Positions 49,857-59,444 are shown, counted from the stretch's first letter. The stretch is 64,000 bases of DNA from an uncultured candidate division Zixibacteria bacterium (GCA_963664195.1 OY760907.1:2272001-2336000); one strand, 5' to 3'. Translations and numbers: made by a program. Notes: generated by a model from the sequence alone, not told the origin.

Positions 49857-51620
49857 CAATATCTTCGCCGGAGCGAGGCAAAATTCCGCTGTCTGGTCGA
49901 GACATCGCAGGATCTGATCTGGTCGGTGGATTCCGAGGGCCTCTTCACTTATCTCAACGACACCGCTACGCGGCGTATATACGGTTACGCGGCGTCCGAG
50001 ATGCTGGGGCGGCCGTTTACCGATTTCATGCTCCCAGAGCAGGCAGCGAAAGACCTGCGAGTTTTTGAGGATATCAAGAACGGCAAGGCCAGCCTTGAGT
50101 ATGAGACGGTCCATTGTCGGAAGGACGGAACCCAGATCGATATGAGATTCTGCGCGGTGGTACTGCGCGATGAACAAGGCAGCGTGCTTGGAACGACAGG
50201 CACCGCCAGTGACATCACCGGACGTAAGGTTGCGGAGCAGGAACGATCTGCTCACATGAAGTTCCTTGAGCGCATGGACAGGATCAACCGCACAATCCAG
50301 GAGGCGTCAGACGTTGAAAGCATGTTGGCCGAAGTCTTGGACGTAATTCTCGACGAACTGGGCTGCGATCGAGTATCTCTGATGTATCCGGGCGACCCGG
50401 AGAGCAGGACGTGGTCAATCCCGATGGAACGGACGAAGCCTGCGTACCCAGGCGCTCTCGCCTCAGGAGAACTGCCAATGGATGAGGACGTGGCTACCTC
50501 CGTTCGTCTGTTGCTGGAAGCGGACGGGCCGCTGACCTTTGGTCCGGGAGGAAATCATCCCATGCCCTTGGACGTCTCACAACAATTCGGCTTCAAGTCA
50601 TTCATGGCAATGGCGCTGTATCCGAAGATTGGGAAGCCGTGGGTGTTCGGCGTCCATCAGTGTTCGCATGACCGTGTGTGGACACCGGAAGAAGTGACGT
50701 TGTTTCGGGAGATCGGTCGGCGGCTCAGCGACGGTCTGACGAGCCAACTCGCTCATCACGATCTGCAGGAAAGCCAGCGGCGGTTGGCAGAGGCGCAACG
50801 TATAGCTCACATTGGGCATTGGGATCGCGATCTGATCGGCGGACGAGCGACGCTGTCGGATGAGGCGTGCCGGATATTCGCCGTCCCGATCACAGAATCC
50901 TCGATGGAGCTTTCGGAGTGGCAGGACAAATGGCTTTCGTTGATTCACGTAGAAGATAGGAAAGCGGCGGCAGCCGCCTTCGACTCAGCGCTAAGCGGTG
51001 AGGACAGCTTTGATATCGAGTACCGATTGGTGAGGCCGGACAGAGTACTGGTCCACCTGCATAGCAGAGGTGTGGTCACGAAAGACGAGTTGGGCCAAGT
51101 CACGCGGATATTCGGCACCGTACTCGACGTGACCGCAAGCAAGTTGGCAGAGGAGGCATTGCGTCTGGCCAACGACCAACTCAACGAGGATAAGCAGCTT
51201 CTGCGCGATAAGAACATCGCCTTGCGCGAACTCATGACCCAGGCGCGGGAGCAAAAGGATGACTTGGGAAGGCAAATGGCTGTCAACGTGGAGCGAGTGC
51301 TGCTACCTATGCTTGATCGAATGGAACTCCAATGCTCGCCGCAGGGCAAGGAATATGCTGGGTCGCTCAGGGAGAATCTTGTCGAGATTGCCTCGCCCTT
51401 CTACAGTCGCCTTGCCTCATTGTACGCGTCGCTTACACCCCGGGAGACGGAGATTTGTGATCTGGTTCGCAGGGGCATGAGTTCCAAAGCCATCGCCTCG
51501 GCACTGAGCGTGTCTGTGAACACGGTGTTCAACCAGCGGCGTCGCATCCGCCAGAAACTTAAGATAGCTGATAAAGAGACGAATCTAGTAACGTTCTTGC
51601 GGACGTTGGACGATGTATAG
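49356..51620 (+). CDS. REC-PAS-GAF-PAS-LuxR response regulator
   Basis: ILAVDD, MLDVKLP, TKPF; PAS; GAF; PAS (AHIGHWD); LTPRETEIC.LV..GMSSK.IA HTH; GAGGAG RBS. Confidence 0.9.
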   Translation: MGDRKRLLTRQPEILAVDDTPESLRLLTRILSECGYRVRPASSGRLALRSVEAKPPDLIMLDVKLPDMDGFEVCRCLKSSTVSRPIPVIFISALGETANKVKGFAVGAVDYVTKPFEAEEVVARVRTQLRLRELTEHLEQKVEERTAELTSANKHLEEEMAERLRAEQYLRRSEAKFRCLVETSQDLIWSVDSEGLFTYLNDTATRRIYGYAASEMLGRPFTDFMLPEQAAKDLRVFEDIKNGKASLEYETVHCRKDGTQIDMRFCAVVLRDEQGSVLGTTGTASDITGRKVAEQERSAHMKFLERMDRINRTIQEASDVESMLAEVLDVILDELGCDRVSLMYPGDPESRTWSIPMERTKPAYPGALASGELPMDEDVATSVRLLLEADGPLTFGPGGNHPMPLDVSQQFGFKSFMAMALYPKIGKPWVFGVHQCSHDRVWTPEEVTLFREIGRRLSDGLTSQLAHHDLQESQRRLAEAQRIAHIGHWDRDLIGGRATLSDEACRIFAVPITESSMELSEWQDKWLSLIHVEDRKAAAAAFDSALSGEDSFDIEYRLVRPDRVLVHLHSRGVVTKDELGQVTRIFGTVLDVTASKLAEEALRLANDQLNEDKQLLRDKNIALRELMTQAREQKDDLGRQMAVNVERVLLPMLDRMELQCSPQGKEYAGSLRENLVEIASPFYSRLASLYASLTPRETEICDLVRRGMSSKAIASALSVSVNTVFNQRRRIRQKLKIADKETNLVTFLRTLDDV

Positions 51621-51636
51621 AGCTGCCGAGGTTGGA

Positions 51637-51790
51637 CTAGAGTTTGGTGTCGCCATGATCGGCCTGATGACAGCGATGGTCAGTCAATCTGTTTCGGAAG
51701 GGGGCGACACCCAGAGTGCCTTGTCGGGATAGCATGAATTCTGGAGCGTCTTGAAACAGCTGGAGCGTAAAGCGAAGGGCAAGGAGTGTA
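51637..51790 (+). pseudogene. Decayed remnant of the hybrid kinase C-terminal tail
   Basis: Translates as LEFGVAMIGLMTAMVSQSVSEGGDTQSALSG*HEFWSVLKQLE, aligning with LELDTTKIKQVIARISQLDSEVGDALGALSEGFEFESILQQLE; in-frame TAG at 51730. Confidence 0.8.
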
Positions 51791-51793
51791 TAT

Positions 51794-54700
51794 ATGAGTG
51801 GCCGTGAACCGCACGAGACGCGCGAACCGGAGATCCTAGTTGTCGACGATACACCTGACAGCCTGCAGTTGTTGACCAAGATTCTCTCTGAGTGTGGATA
51901 CCGGGTCCGTCCGTCGACCAGCGGGCGACTCGCTCTGAGATCGGTCTCGGCCAAGCCACCGGACCTGATCATGCTCGATGTCAAGATGCCGGACATGGGA
52001 GGCTATGAGGTTTGCCGTTGTCTGAAATCAGCCGGCAGCAGTAGCTCCATTCCGGTGATCTTCATCAGCGGTCTCGGGGAGACAGCGGACAAGGTGAAAG
52101 GGTTTGCCGCCGGTGCGGTTGACTATGTTACCAAACCCTTTGAGGCCGAAGAGGTCGTGGCGCGGGTCCGGACGCAGCTGCGTCTGCGGGAACTGACCGA
52201 ACGTTTGGAATGGAAGGTTGAGGAGCGCACAGCAGCACTCACTTCTGCCAACGAACAGCTCGAAAGAGAGATTGCGGAGCGGCTTCGCGCCGAAGAAGAT
52301 GTGAGCCGCTCTAACGAAATTCTTCGCGCGATAATCGAAGCTGCACCCGTTGGCATCATCGGGCTGGATCTGGAAGGCAATGTTCACTCCCAATGGAATC
52401 CCGCGGCCGAGCGACTGCTCGGCTGGACTTCTGAGGAGGTGATGGGACGGCCGCTGCCTTCGGTTCCCTCGGAGAGTCAGGATGAATTCGCGGGGTTCAT
52501 GGAGCGTATTCGCCAAGGGATGTCTCTGAACGGCGTAGAAGTTAGACGCTCCAGGCGTGACGGCACACTCGCCGATTTCAGCGTATACGCCTCCCCGCTG
52601 CGCGACGCTGATGGTCACATTGCGGGCAAGATTGCCGTTATTGTGGATATAACCGAGCGCGTTGAGTCAGAAAATGCACTTCGCAAGCTCTGGCGTGCGG
52701 TTGAGCAAAGTCCCACGTCCATTGTAGTCACCGACACTGAAGGGAATATTGAGTACGTCAATCCCAAATTCACTCAGGTCACCGGCTACACCCGTGACGA
52801 GGCCGTAGGGCAAAACCCGCGTATTCTCAAGTCGGGAGAGGTGGCGGACGAGGAATACAAACAACTCTGGGATACGATTTCTCGAGGCGGCGTGTGGCAC
52901 GGCGAATTCCACAACAAAAAGAAGAACGGTGAGTTGTATTGGGAGTCAGCAACAGTATCTCCGGTTCTCGACGCAGATGGTACAATCACCAACTTTGTCG
53001 CTGTCAAAGAGGATATTACGGCCAAGAAACAGGCAGAGAGAGATCTTCATGAGAGTGAAGAGAGATATCGTTTAGTATTCGAGAACTCGCCGGTGTCGAT
53101 ATGGGAGGAAGATTTTTCCGAGGTCAAGCGACTTTTTGACGATCTGAGAGCTCAAGGGGTCTCCAATATAGAAGAGCACTTCTCTCAGTATCCAGAGATC
53201 GTCAGAGAGTGCGCCGAGCGAACACAAGTGGTCGACGTAAACCGTGCCGCGCTTGCGCTGCACGCTGCTACGAGCAAAGAGCAACTGTTGGCGCGTTTGG
53301 CAGATACCTTCACTCCCGAATCGTTCGATATGTTCGAGCGAGAACTGATCTGCCTGTGGAGAGGAGAGACCAGGATGACCGGCGACGGCGTCGTCAGAAC
53401 CCTGGTGGGAGACCGCCGGGCCGTGACCGTCAGTTTCTCCGTATGTCCTGGCCACGAGGAAACGCTCTCCAAAGTCCTTGTCTCTCTTGTTGACATCACT
53501 GAACGCAAGCGAACAGAAGAGGCATTACGCTCTTCCGAGGCGGAACTGCGCACTCTGATTGGGGCCATGACGGATGTCATTGTTGTTGGCAACTCAGAAG
53601 GGCGCTACCTGAAGATCGTTGATTCAAGTCCATCTCTCTTGTACAAACCGTCACATGAATTGTTGGGAAGGACGCTCCATGAGGTGTTCTCGAAGGAACA
53701 GGCCGACTTCTTTCTCGACAAGATTCGGCAAGCCCTCAACAATCGGGAATCGGTCAACTTTGAATACAATCTGCCTATCAGAGGTAGTGTGTTCTGGTTT
53801 AATGCCACTGTCTCTCCGGTATCCGATGATGAGTTTCTGATGGTTGCCCGAGACATCACCGAGCGTGTGCGGTTGGAGGGCCAGCTCAGACAGGCACAGA
53901 AGATGGACGCTGTCGGTCGGCTGGCGGGTGGTGTGGCTCACGATTACAATAACATGCTCAGTGTCATACTCGGACACATGGACTTGGCAATGGATCAGGT
54001 CGTTCCATCGTCGCCGCTTCTTGATGATCTGAAGGAAGTGCAATCGGCTGCCAGACGATCTGCCGATCTCACGCGCCAGTTACTGGCCTTTGCAAGGAAG
54101 CAGACGATTTCACCGAAAGTGCTCGATCTAAACGAGACCGTCGAAGGAATGCTCAAGATGCTGCAGCGATTGATTGGTGAGGACGTCGAACTCGCCTGGC
54201 TGCCTTGCTCCGAGAGCTGGCGTATCAAAATAGACCCTTCGCAGATTGATCAGATTCTTGCGAACCTGTGCGTCAACGCTCGGGACGCGATTGCGGGAGT
54301 GGGCAGGATATCCATGGAAACGAGCACTGCTACCATTGACGCGTCGTATTGCGCCAGCCATCCAGATGCGCCCCCCGGAGAGTACATGGTGCTGTCTGTC
54401 AGCGACTCGGGTTGCGGTATGGACAAGCAGACGCTGGAACAAGTATTTGAACCGTTCTTCACAACGAAGGAGTTGGGCAAGGGTACCGGTCTGGGACTGG
54501 CGACGGTATACGGCATCGTCAGGCAGAATGGAGGATTCATTGACGTTTACAGCGAGCCGGAACACGGTACGACATTCAAGACGTATCTCAAGAGACACGA
54601 GGTCAGCGCAACAGGACAGGCTTCTGACGACTCTCAGTCGGGATCGATAGCGCGCGGCGATGAGACCATCCTACTTGTTGAGGACGAGCCTTCGATCCTC

Positions 54701-55039
54701 AATGTTACAAGACTCATGCTTGAGAAGTGCGGATACTCTGTGCTGACGGCTGCCACTGTAAGTGAGGCGATCCGCCTCGCAAGTGAACACAGCGGCCCTT
54801 TGAGTCTGTTGGTTACCGACGTCGTAATGCCGGAAATGCACGGTCCCGACCTGTTGGAGGAGGTCATCGCGCGTCAACCGCATATTAGATGCTTGTATAT
54901 GTCCGGCTATTCCAGAGACGTTATCTCTCGTCACGGCGTGCTCCATGAGCACACGAACTTCATCCAGAAGCCGTTTTCGGTAGAGAGTCTTGCCACCAAG
55001 GTGCGGGAGGTGTTGGATGCAGACGAGATGTCAAGGTAG
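51794..55039 (+). CDS. REC-4xPAS hybrid histidine kinase with C-terminal REC
   Basis: N-terminal REC nearly identical to that of the 49356 gene; GGVAHDYNNML, NLCVNARDA, GTGLGL; VEDE, VTDVVMP, QKPF; AAGGAG RBS. Confidence 0.93.
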   Translation: MSGREPHETREPEILVVDDTPDSLQLLTKILSECGYRVRPSTSGRLALRSVSAKPPDLIMLDVKMPDMGGYEVCRCLKSAGSSSSIPVIFISGLGETADKVKGFAAGAVDYVTKPFEAEEVVARVRTQLRLRELTERLEWKVEERTAALTSANEQLEREIAERLRAEEDVSRSNEILRAIIEAAPVGIIGLDLEGNVHSQWNPAAERLLGWTSEEVMGRPLPSVPSESQDEFAGFMERIRQGMSLNGVEVRRSRRDGTLADFSVYASPLRDADGHIAGKIAVIVDITERVESENALRKLWRAVEQSPTSIVVTDTEGNIEYVNPKFTQVTGYTRDEAVGQNPRILKSGEVADEEYKQLWDTISRGGVWHGEFHNKKKNGELYWESATVSPVLDADGTITNFVAVKEDITAKKQAERDLHESEERYRLVFENSPVSIWEEDFSEVKRLFDDLRAQGVSNIEEHFSQYPEIVRECAERTQVVDVNRAALALHAATSKEQLLARLADTFTPESFDMFERELICLWRGETRMTGDGVVRTLVGDRRAVTVSFSVCPGHEETLSKVLVSLVDITERKRTEEALRSSEAELRTLIGAMTDVIVVGNSEGRYLKIVDSSPSLLYKPSHELLGRTLHEVFSKEQADFFLDKIRQALNNRESVNFEYNLPIRGSVFWFNATVSPVSDDEFLMVARDITERVRLEGQLRQAQKMDAVGRLAGGVAHDYNNMLSVILGHMDLAMDQVVPSSPLLDDLKEVQSAARRSADLTRQLLAFARKQTISPKVLDLNETVEGMLKMLQRLIGEDVELAWLPCSESWRIKIDPSQIDQILANLCVNARDAIAGVGRISMETSTATIDASYCASHPDAPPGEYMVLSVSDSGCGMDKQTLEQVFEPFFTTKELGKGTGLGLATVYGIVRQNGGFIDVYSEPEHGTTFKTYLKRHEVSATGQASDDSQSGSIARGDETILLVEDEPSILNVTRLMLEKCGYSVLTAATVSEAIRLASEHSGPLSLLVTDVVMPEMHGPDLLEEVIARQPHIRCLYMSGYSRDVISRHGVLHEHTNFIQKPFSVESLATKVREVLDADEMSR

Positions 55040-55630
55040 CTCTGGCTTCCGAGTTTGACAAGTCACAGTTATATTAAGACAACCGATTCTGCCATCAGGC
55101 GACTTGATACGTGCCGAGCCAGGGAAAAGGGGAGTCACAATCTCGAGAGACCTCGCGGTTCTGCGCTCTCCGGGGACCAAGAGAGCCAGCTCCCCTTTCG
55201 CCGCTCGTACCCGACCGACCCGGTTCAGACTCTTCGGTATGTGTTCCCAAGTCAGGCGTGCACAAAACTTATGCACGCTTTCTGCAATTGACCATTATGG
55301 ATAGTCATACCGTGGTCATGATTGGATCGGCGAGCGGAGAGGTGCGGAGACCGATACCTTCGAGTGAGACAAAGGGGGGTGTATGCTCTCTCGGCGTCAG
55401 GAGGTGCCTCACATGTCACGCGTTGCTCTGGAGGACTTTCCCGCAAAAGCGAAGGGCCAAGCCTGCGTTTTTTGACAGTACCGCAGCTCTCGCAGAACGG
55501 AACATCATGATCATCGGTCGAGGATAGACACCGAAGGGTCGGAATAGCGACATGACGCGAGCTACCCTTGGAAGAATACAGATAGGGGAGACAAGTGCGC
55601 TCCTCACCGGGCAGAAACAGGAGAAGAACA

Positions 55631-56173
55631 ATGAAGATCGTGTGCTCATATTGTCAGAAGATGTTGGGGGAGAAAGAACCCCGTGGTAATTCCGATATTT
55701 CCCACGGAATGTGTCAGGATTGCCTGGAGTATTTCCTTCGTCAGTGGGACGGGCTCAATCTGGATGAGTACTTGAACGGCTTTGATGCTCCGGTCGCTGC
55801 GATAGATACTGAAGGCAGAATTATCGCTCAGAACTCAAAAATGTCACAGCTTGTGATGAAGAACGACGAGGCAGTGAGGGGTCAACAACCCGGGGATGTC
55901 GTGGAGTGCCAGTTTGCGCGTCGTCCGGGCGGCTGCGGACATACCGTTCACTGCGAGGCCTGCGCAATCCGGCGTGCCATCAATCACACAGTCTCAACGG
56001 GTGCTCCTTGCAGCAACGTCCCGGCTCGCGTAAAAGGGGACTCCGGCGAAGCCGATCTGAATGTCTCCACAGAACTTCGAGAAACGTTTGTCATCCTGAC
56101 ATTGAGTGCCGTTGTGGGTTTGCCAGAAGAAGGAACCGCCAGTTCTGCTTCCGACTCTGCCCCCATCAAATGA
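55631..56173 (+). CDS. Cys-rich protein: CxxC/HxxCxxC finger plus PAS-like domain with four Cys
   Basis: CSYC...SHGMCQDC, PAS-like VAAIDTEGRIIAQN, and ECQFARRPGGCGHTVHCEAC; AGGAG RBS. Confidence 0.75.
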   Translation: MKIVCSYCQKMLGEKEPRGNSDISHGMCQDCLEYFLRQWDGLNLDEYLNGFDAPVAAIDTEGRIIAQNSKMSQLVMKNDEAVRGQQPGDVVECQFARRPGGCGHTVHCEACAIRRAINHTVSTGAPCSNVPARVKGDSGEADLNVSTELRETFVILTLSAVVGLPEEGTASSASDSAPIK

Positions 56174-56443
56174 CTCTTCGCCTGGCTCTTCAGGTGACGT
56201 TAGAAGTACCTGCGCCCGCTGGAAGCGTGCCCTGGCAGTCTATTAGAGCACCGCGTAACGGAAACATCGTACTGGGCGGGCACCTAATGCCCCTCTGGTC
56301 GAGCTTATCGGCATTTGCGAGCTGAGACGCAAAGCACCCTTCCAGAGGAGAACTCCCCCAGGTGTGTGACATGGACAGAAGGCTGGTCGGGTCGGGTTGG
56401 CTGCTTGGCGAGGATAGAGTCAAGCATTCGAGGCGGCATTCAG

Positions 56444-56468
56444 TATTGACTATTCGTAATAGTCAATA
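56444..56468. promoter_or_regulatory. Perfect 11-bp inverted repeat, putative operator upstream of the MCP
   Basis: TATTGACTATT-CGT-AATAGTCAATA. Confidence 0.6.
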
Positions 56469-56529
56469 TGTGTACAAGCATTGGCGGTCAAGTCATTCTG
56501 GCAGGCGGCGATAATGCGAGGTATAGAGT

Positions 56530-56589
56530 ACGAAGATACACGAGACGAACATACACGAGACAAATATGCGCGAGAGAAAGATGGGAAGC
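56530..56589 (+). repeat. Degenerate 15-bp tandem repeat (3-4 units)
   Basis: ACGAAGATACACGAG / ACGAACATACACGAG / ACAAATATGCGCGAG / AGAAAGATGGGAAGC. Confidence 0.75.
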
Positions 56590-56604
56590 AGAGAGGGGCT
56601 TGCT

Positions 56605-58707
56605 ATGTTCAAGAATCTTAAGATTGGCGTGAAGTTGGGGCTTGGATTCGGAATCGTTCTGGCCGTACTGGCCACGGTTGGCGTATTCAACTACACCGGT
56701 TTCCTGGGGATCGGGGAAAAGTCTGCTTTGGCTCAAAATGCCTGCAACAATCGGGCTTTTGCTATTGAGAAGGAAGTTGATCATCTCAATTGGATGACAC
56801 AACTTATGGATCTCTTCCTGGATGAGGACATCACTGAAGTTTCGGTCCAAACCGATGATCACAAATGTGGTCTGGGCAAGTGGCTGTACTCCGAGGAAAC
56901 GGGCCGACTGGCAGCAGATGATCCAGTACTGGCTGACATCATTGAGAAGATCAAGGAACCGCACCGGCGTCTACACCAGTCGGCCGTTCACATCGATGAC
57001 GAGTTCGTCGCTTTCGATATGCGCCTGCAGTCAGTGGTGGCCGACCGATGGATTGACCACCTCAATTGGATCAAGCATGTCGCCAACTCCAATCTGACGA
57101 AGACAGTATTCGACGGGGGCGTGGATCCTCACCAATGTGCTTTCGGCAAGTGGTTTGACAACTACAAGGCCGCCAATCCCGCGTTCGGTCAGTTGCTTTC
57201 GCAGTGGGAAAAGCCCCACGCCCTTCTGCACGAGTCGGCGGCCAAGATAGTCGAGGAACAAGAAAGAGGGAACTGGGCAGAGGCCGAGCGGATATATCAG
57301 GAAGAGACACTCCCACATCTGGACGCCCTGGAACAGGAATATCACAAGACATGTGCGTGGATTCTATCCAATGTCGAGGCCCAGGAACGTGCCCTCTCCA
57401 TCTACGAAGACGAAACCAAGGCGGCTGTAGGAGAAACGCAAGCTCTGTTGACAGAACTGACGGAGCATTTTCAAGAGCAATCGGAAAATGCCACCAAGGA
57501 TACCAACGGACTCATCGATTCTACGATCATGACCACCACGATCCTATCGGCCCTCGCCATTCTGCTCGGTGTGAGTATTGCCTGGTTCATTTCGCACGGA
57601 ATCACCAAACCAATCGGGAAGGTGGTCAGCCTAACGGAACGTATGAATTCTGAGTTCCAACAGTTTGTGGACGTTGTTACTGCGATATCCCAAAACGATT
57701 TGACCCAGAAGATCGAACAAAACGAGATGGAGCAAATCGACCTCGATTCCCGCGATGAGCTCGGTACACTGGCTAAAGCCATCGAAGGCACAATGGAGGC
57801 CAAGAGTCAGATTGGTGGCGTGTTGGAGCTCATGACTGAGAATCTGACCGGTATGGTGCGTGAAATGGGCGAAAACGCCACCCAGTTGGTATCGGCCGCC
57901 TCCGAGATCGCCTCGTCCTCAGAGCAGATGTCACGAGGCGCAGGTGACCAGGCCATGCAGATGAACCAGATATCTACGGCTGTGGAAGAGATGAGTGTCA
58001 CCATTGTGGAGTCCTCGAGGAACGCGGGCGAAGCTACCGATGCTTCCCGAAGCGCCTCCGATACTGCTACCAGCGGCGGTCAGATTGTCAGTCAGACGAT
58101 TCACGGTATGCAAAAGATCAATGAGACTGTTCGCCAATCGGCGGAATCGATTGCGAAACTTGCCGCGTCGGCCGACCAGATCGGTGAGATCGTTAGCGTC
58201 ATCGATGACATCGCCGATCAAACCAACTTACTTGCCCTGAATGCGGCGATTGAGGCGGCGCGGGCAGGAGAGCAGGGTCGCGGATTTGCCGTTGTGGCTG
58301 ACGAAGTGCGCAAACTGGCTGAACGGACGGGCAAAGCAACCGGTGAGATTACGGATATGATAAAAGGTGTTCAGCAGGAAACCGCCGATGCTGTCGAGTC
58401 GATGGAGGCCGGTGTCCATGAAGTGGAAAGCGGTCGTGAGTTGGCTGACAAAGCTGGCAACAGCCTGACTGAAGTCGTAACAATGTCTCAGCGAGTAATG
58501 GATATGATCCAGCAAATCGCTACTGCGGCAGAGGAGCAGTCGGCGGCCGCCGAGCAGATATCGAAAAATGTCGAAGGCGTGGCATCAATCACCAAAGAGA
58601 CTGCTAGCGGCGCCGAGCAGTCGGCGGCTGCGGCCGAGGAACTGAACCGACAGGCAGACGGAATGCAGCAAATGGTCGCGCGATTCAAGATAGAGGAGCC
58701 CGCATAG
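56605..58707 (+). CDS. Methyl-accepting chemotaxis protein with two CZB domains between TM1 and TM2
   Basis: TM1, two DHLNW...C(G/A)(L/F)GKW...PH..LH units, TM2, HAMP, and signalling hairpin [38 protein letters not shown]. Confidence 0.95.
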   Translation: MFKNLKIGVKLGLGFGIVLAVLATVGVFNYTGFLGIGEKSALAQNACNNRAFAIEKEVDHLNWMTQLMDLFLDEDITEVSVQTDDHKCGLGKWLYSEETGRLAADDPVLADIIEKIKEPHRRLHQSAVHIDDEFVAFDMRLQSVVADRWIDHLNWIKHVANSNLTKTVFDGGVDPHQCAFGKWFDNYKAANPAFGQLLSQWEKPHALLHESAAKIVEEQERGNWAEAERIYQEETLPHLDALEQEYHKTCAWILSNVEAQERALSIYEDETKAAVGETQALLTELTEHFQEQSENATKDTNGLIDSTIMTTTILSALAILLGVSIAWFISHGITKPIGKVVSLTERMNSEFQQFVDVVTAISQNDLTQKIEQNEMEQIDLDSRDELGTLAKAIEGTMEAKSQIGGVLELMTENLTGMVREMGENATQLVSAASEIASSSEQMSRGAGDQAMQMNQISTAVEEMSVTIVESSRNAGEATDASRSASDTATSGGQIVSQTIHGMQKINETVRQSAESIAKLAASADQIGEIVSVIDDIADQTNLLALNAAIEAARAGEQGRGFAVVADEVRKLAERTGKATGEITDMIKGVQQETADAVESMEAGVHEVESGRELADKAGNSLTEVVTMSQRVMDMIQQIATAAEEQSAAAEQISKNVEGVASITKETASGAEQSAAAAEELNRQADGMQQMVARFKIEEPA

Positions 58708-58802
58708 CCCCACATATGGGCTTGAGAGTGCAATGCCTTCCTGCACCAACGAGGGGCGGCCTGACGGGCCACCCCTCGTCCTCACAAACCAAGGATGATC
58801 AG

Positions 58803-59313
58803 ATGACTGAACAAATAAGACAAGTAGATGCTGGCGTGGACGAATTGATCCAGCTAGTATCATTTACACTCGGACAGGAAGAGTTTGGGCTTGATATCCT
58901 GAAAACACAGGAAATCAACCGCATGGTAGAGATTACCAGAGTGCCGCAAGCACCTCACCACTGTGAGGGAGTGATTAATCTTAGAGGGAAAGTAATACCT
59001 GTGATCGATCTTCGCAAGAAGTTCGAGATGGAGGATCGCGAATGGGGACAGGAACACCCGCATTATTGTGTGCGATGTTGACGGCAAAGTGACAGGAATG
59101 ATTGTCGACGGCGTCGAGGAAGTTCTCCGGATACCGGGTTCGACAATAGAATCGACGCCGAGAGTAGTGACGACCGTCAATTCGGACTACGTCAAAGGCG
59201 TTGCCAGACTTGAAAAACGCCCGCTGATTCTTCTGGACTTTTCCAAGATTGCCGCCGAGGCACAGTCGGTGGCTTCCGAAGAGGCAATTCGATCTGTTGA
59301 GGAAGCGTTCTAG
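58803..59313 (+). pseudogene. cheW: CheW split by a +1 frameshift (or sequencing error)
   Basis: 5' frame QLVSF...GVINLRGKVIPVIDLR; removing one G from GGGG at 59044-59047 restores EWDRNTRIIVCDVDGKVTGMIVD.V.EV through to stop 59313. Confidence 0.9.
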
Positions 59314-59384
59314 TCAGTCCAGCGATCCAAGGTGAAGGAGACCAAACAAATCCCGTGGGTTCCCGTACGGGATTTTGTGCCGGG

Positions 59385-59422
59385 GAAAAGGCCGTCCCAA
59401 GTAGTGCCGGGACGGCCTTTTC
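59385..59422. terminator. Intrinsic terminator after cheW
   Basis: GAAAAGGCCGTCCC-N10-GGGACGGCCTTTTC; another hairpin lies just upstream (about 59348-59376). Confidence 0.75.
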
Positions 59423-59444
59423 TATCCGCCACCACAACTACGTT

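Noticed and set aside
49199..52294. Duplications as DGR template/variable repeats
   Set aside because: Mismatches are not adenine-specific and there is no reverse transcriptase in the window.
56258..56400. Possible c-di-GMP riboswitch upstream of the MCP (CGGAAACA...GGGCACCT...GAGCT like class II; GACGCAAAGC like class I)
   Set aside because: The class II pseudoknot partner GTGCAACCG is missing, and the class I GNRA loop, receptor and P1 pairing are not evident. A cmsearch with RF01051 and RF01786 would settle it.
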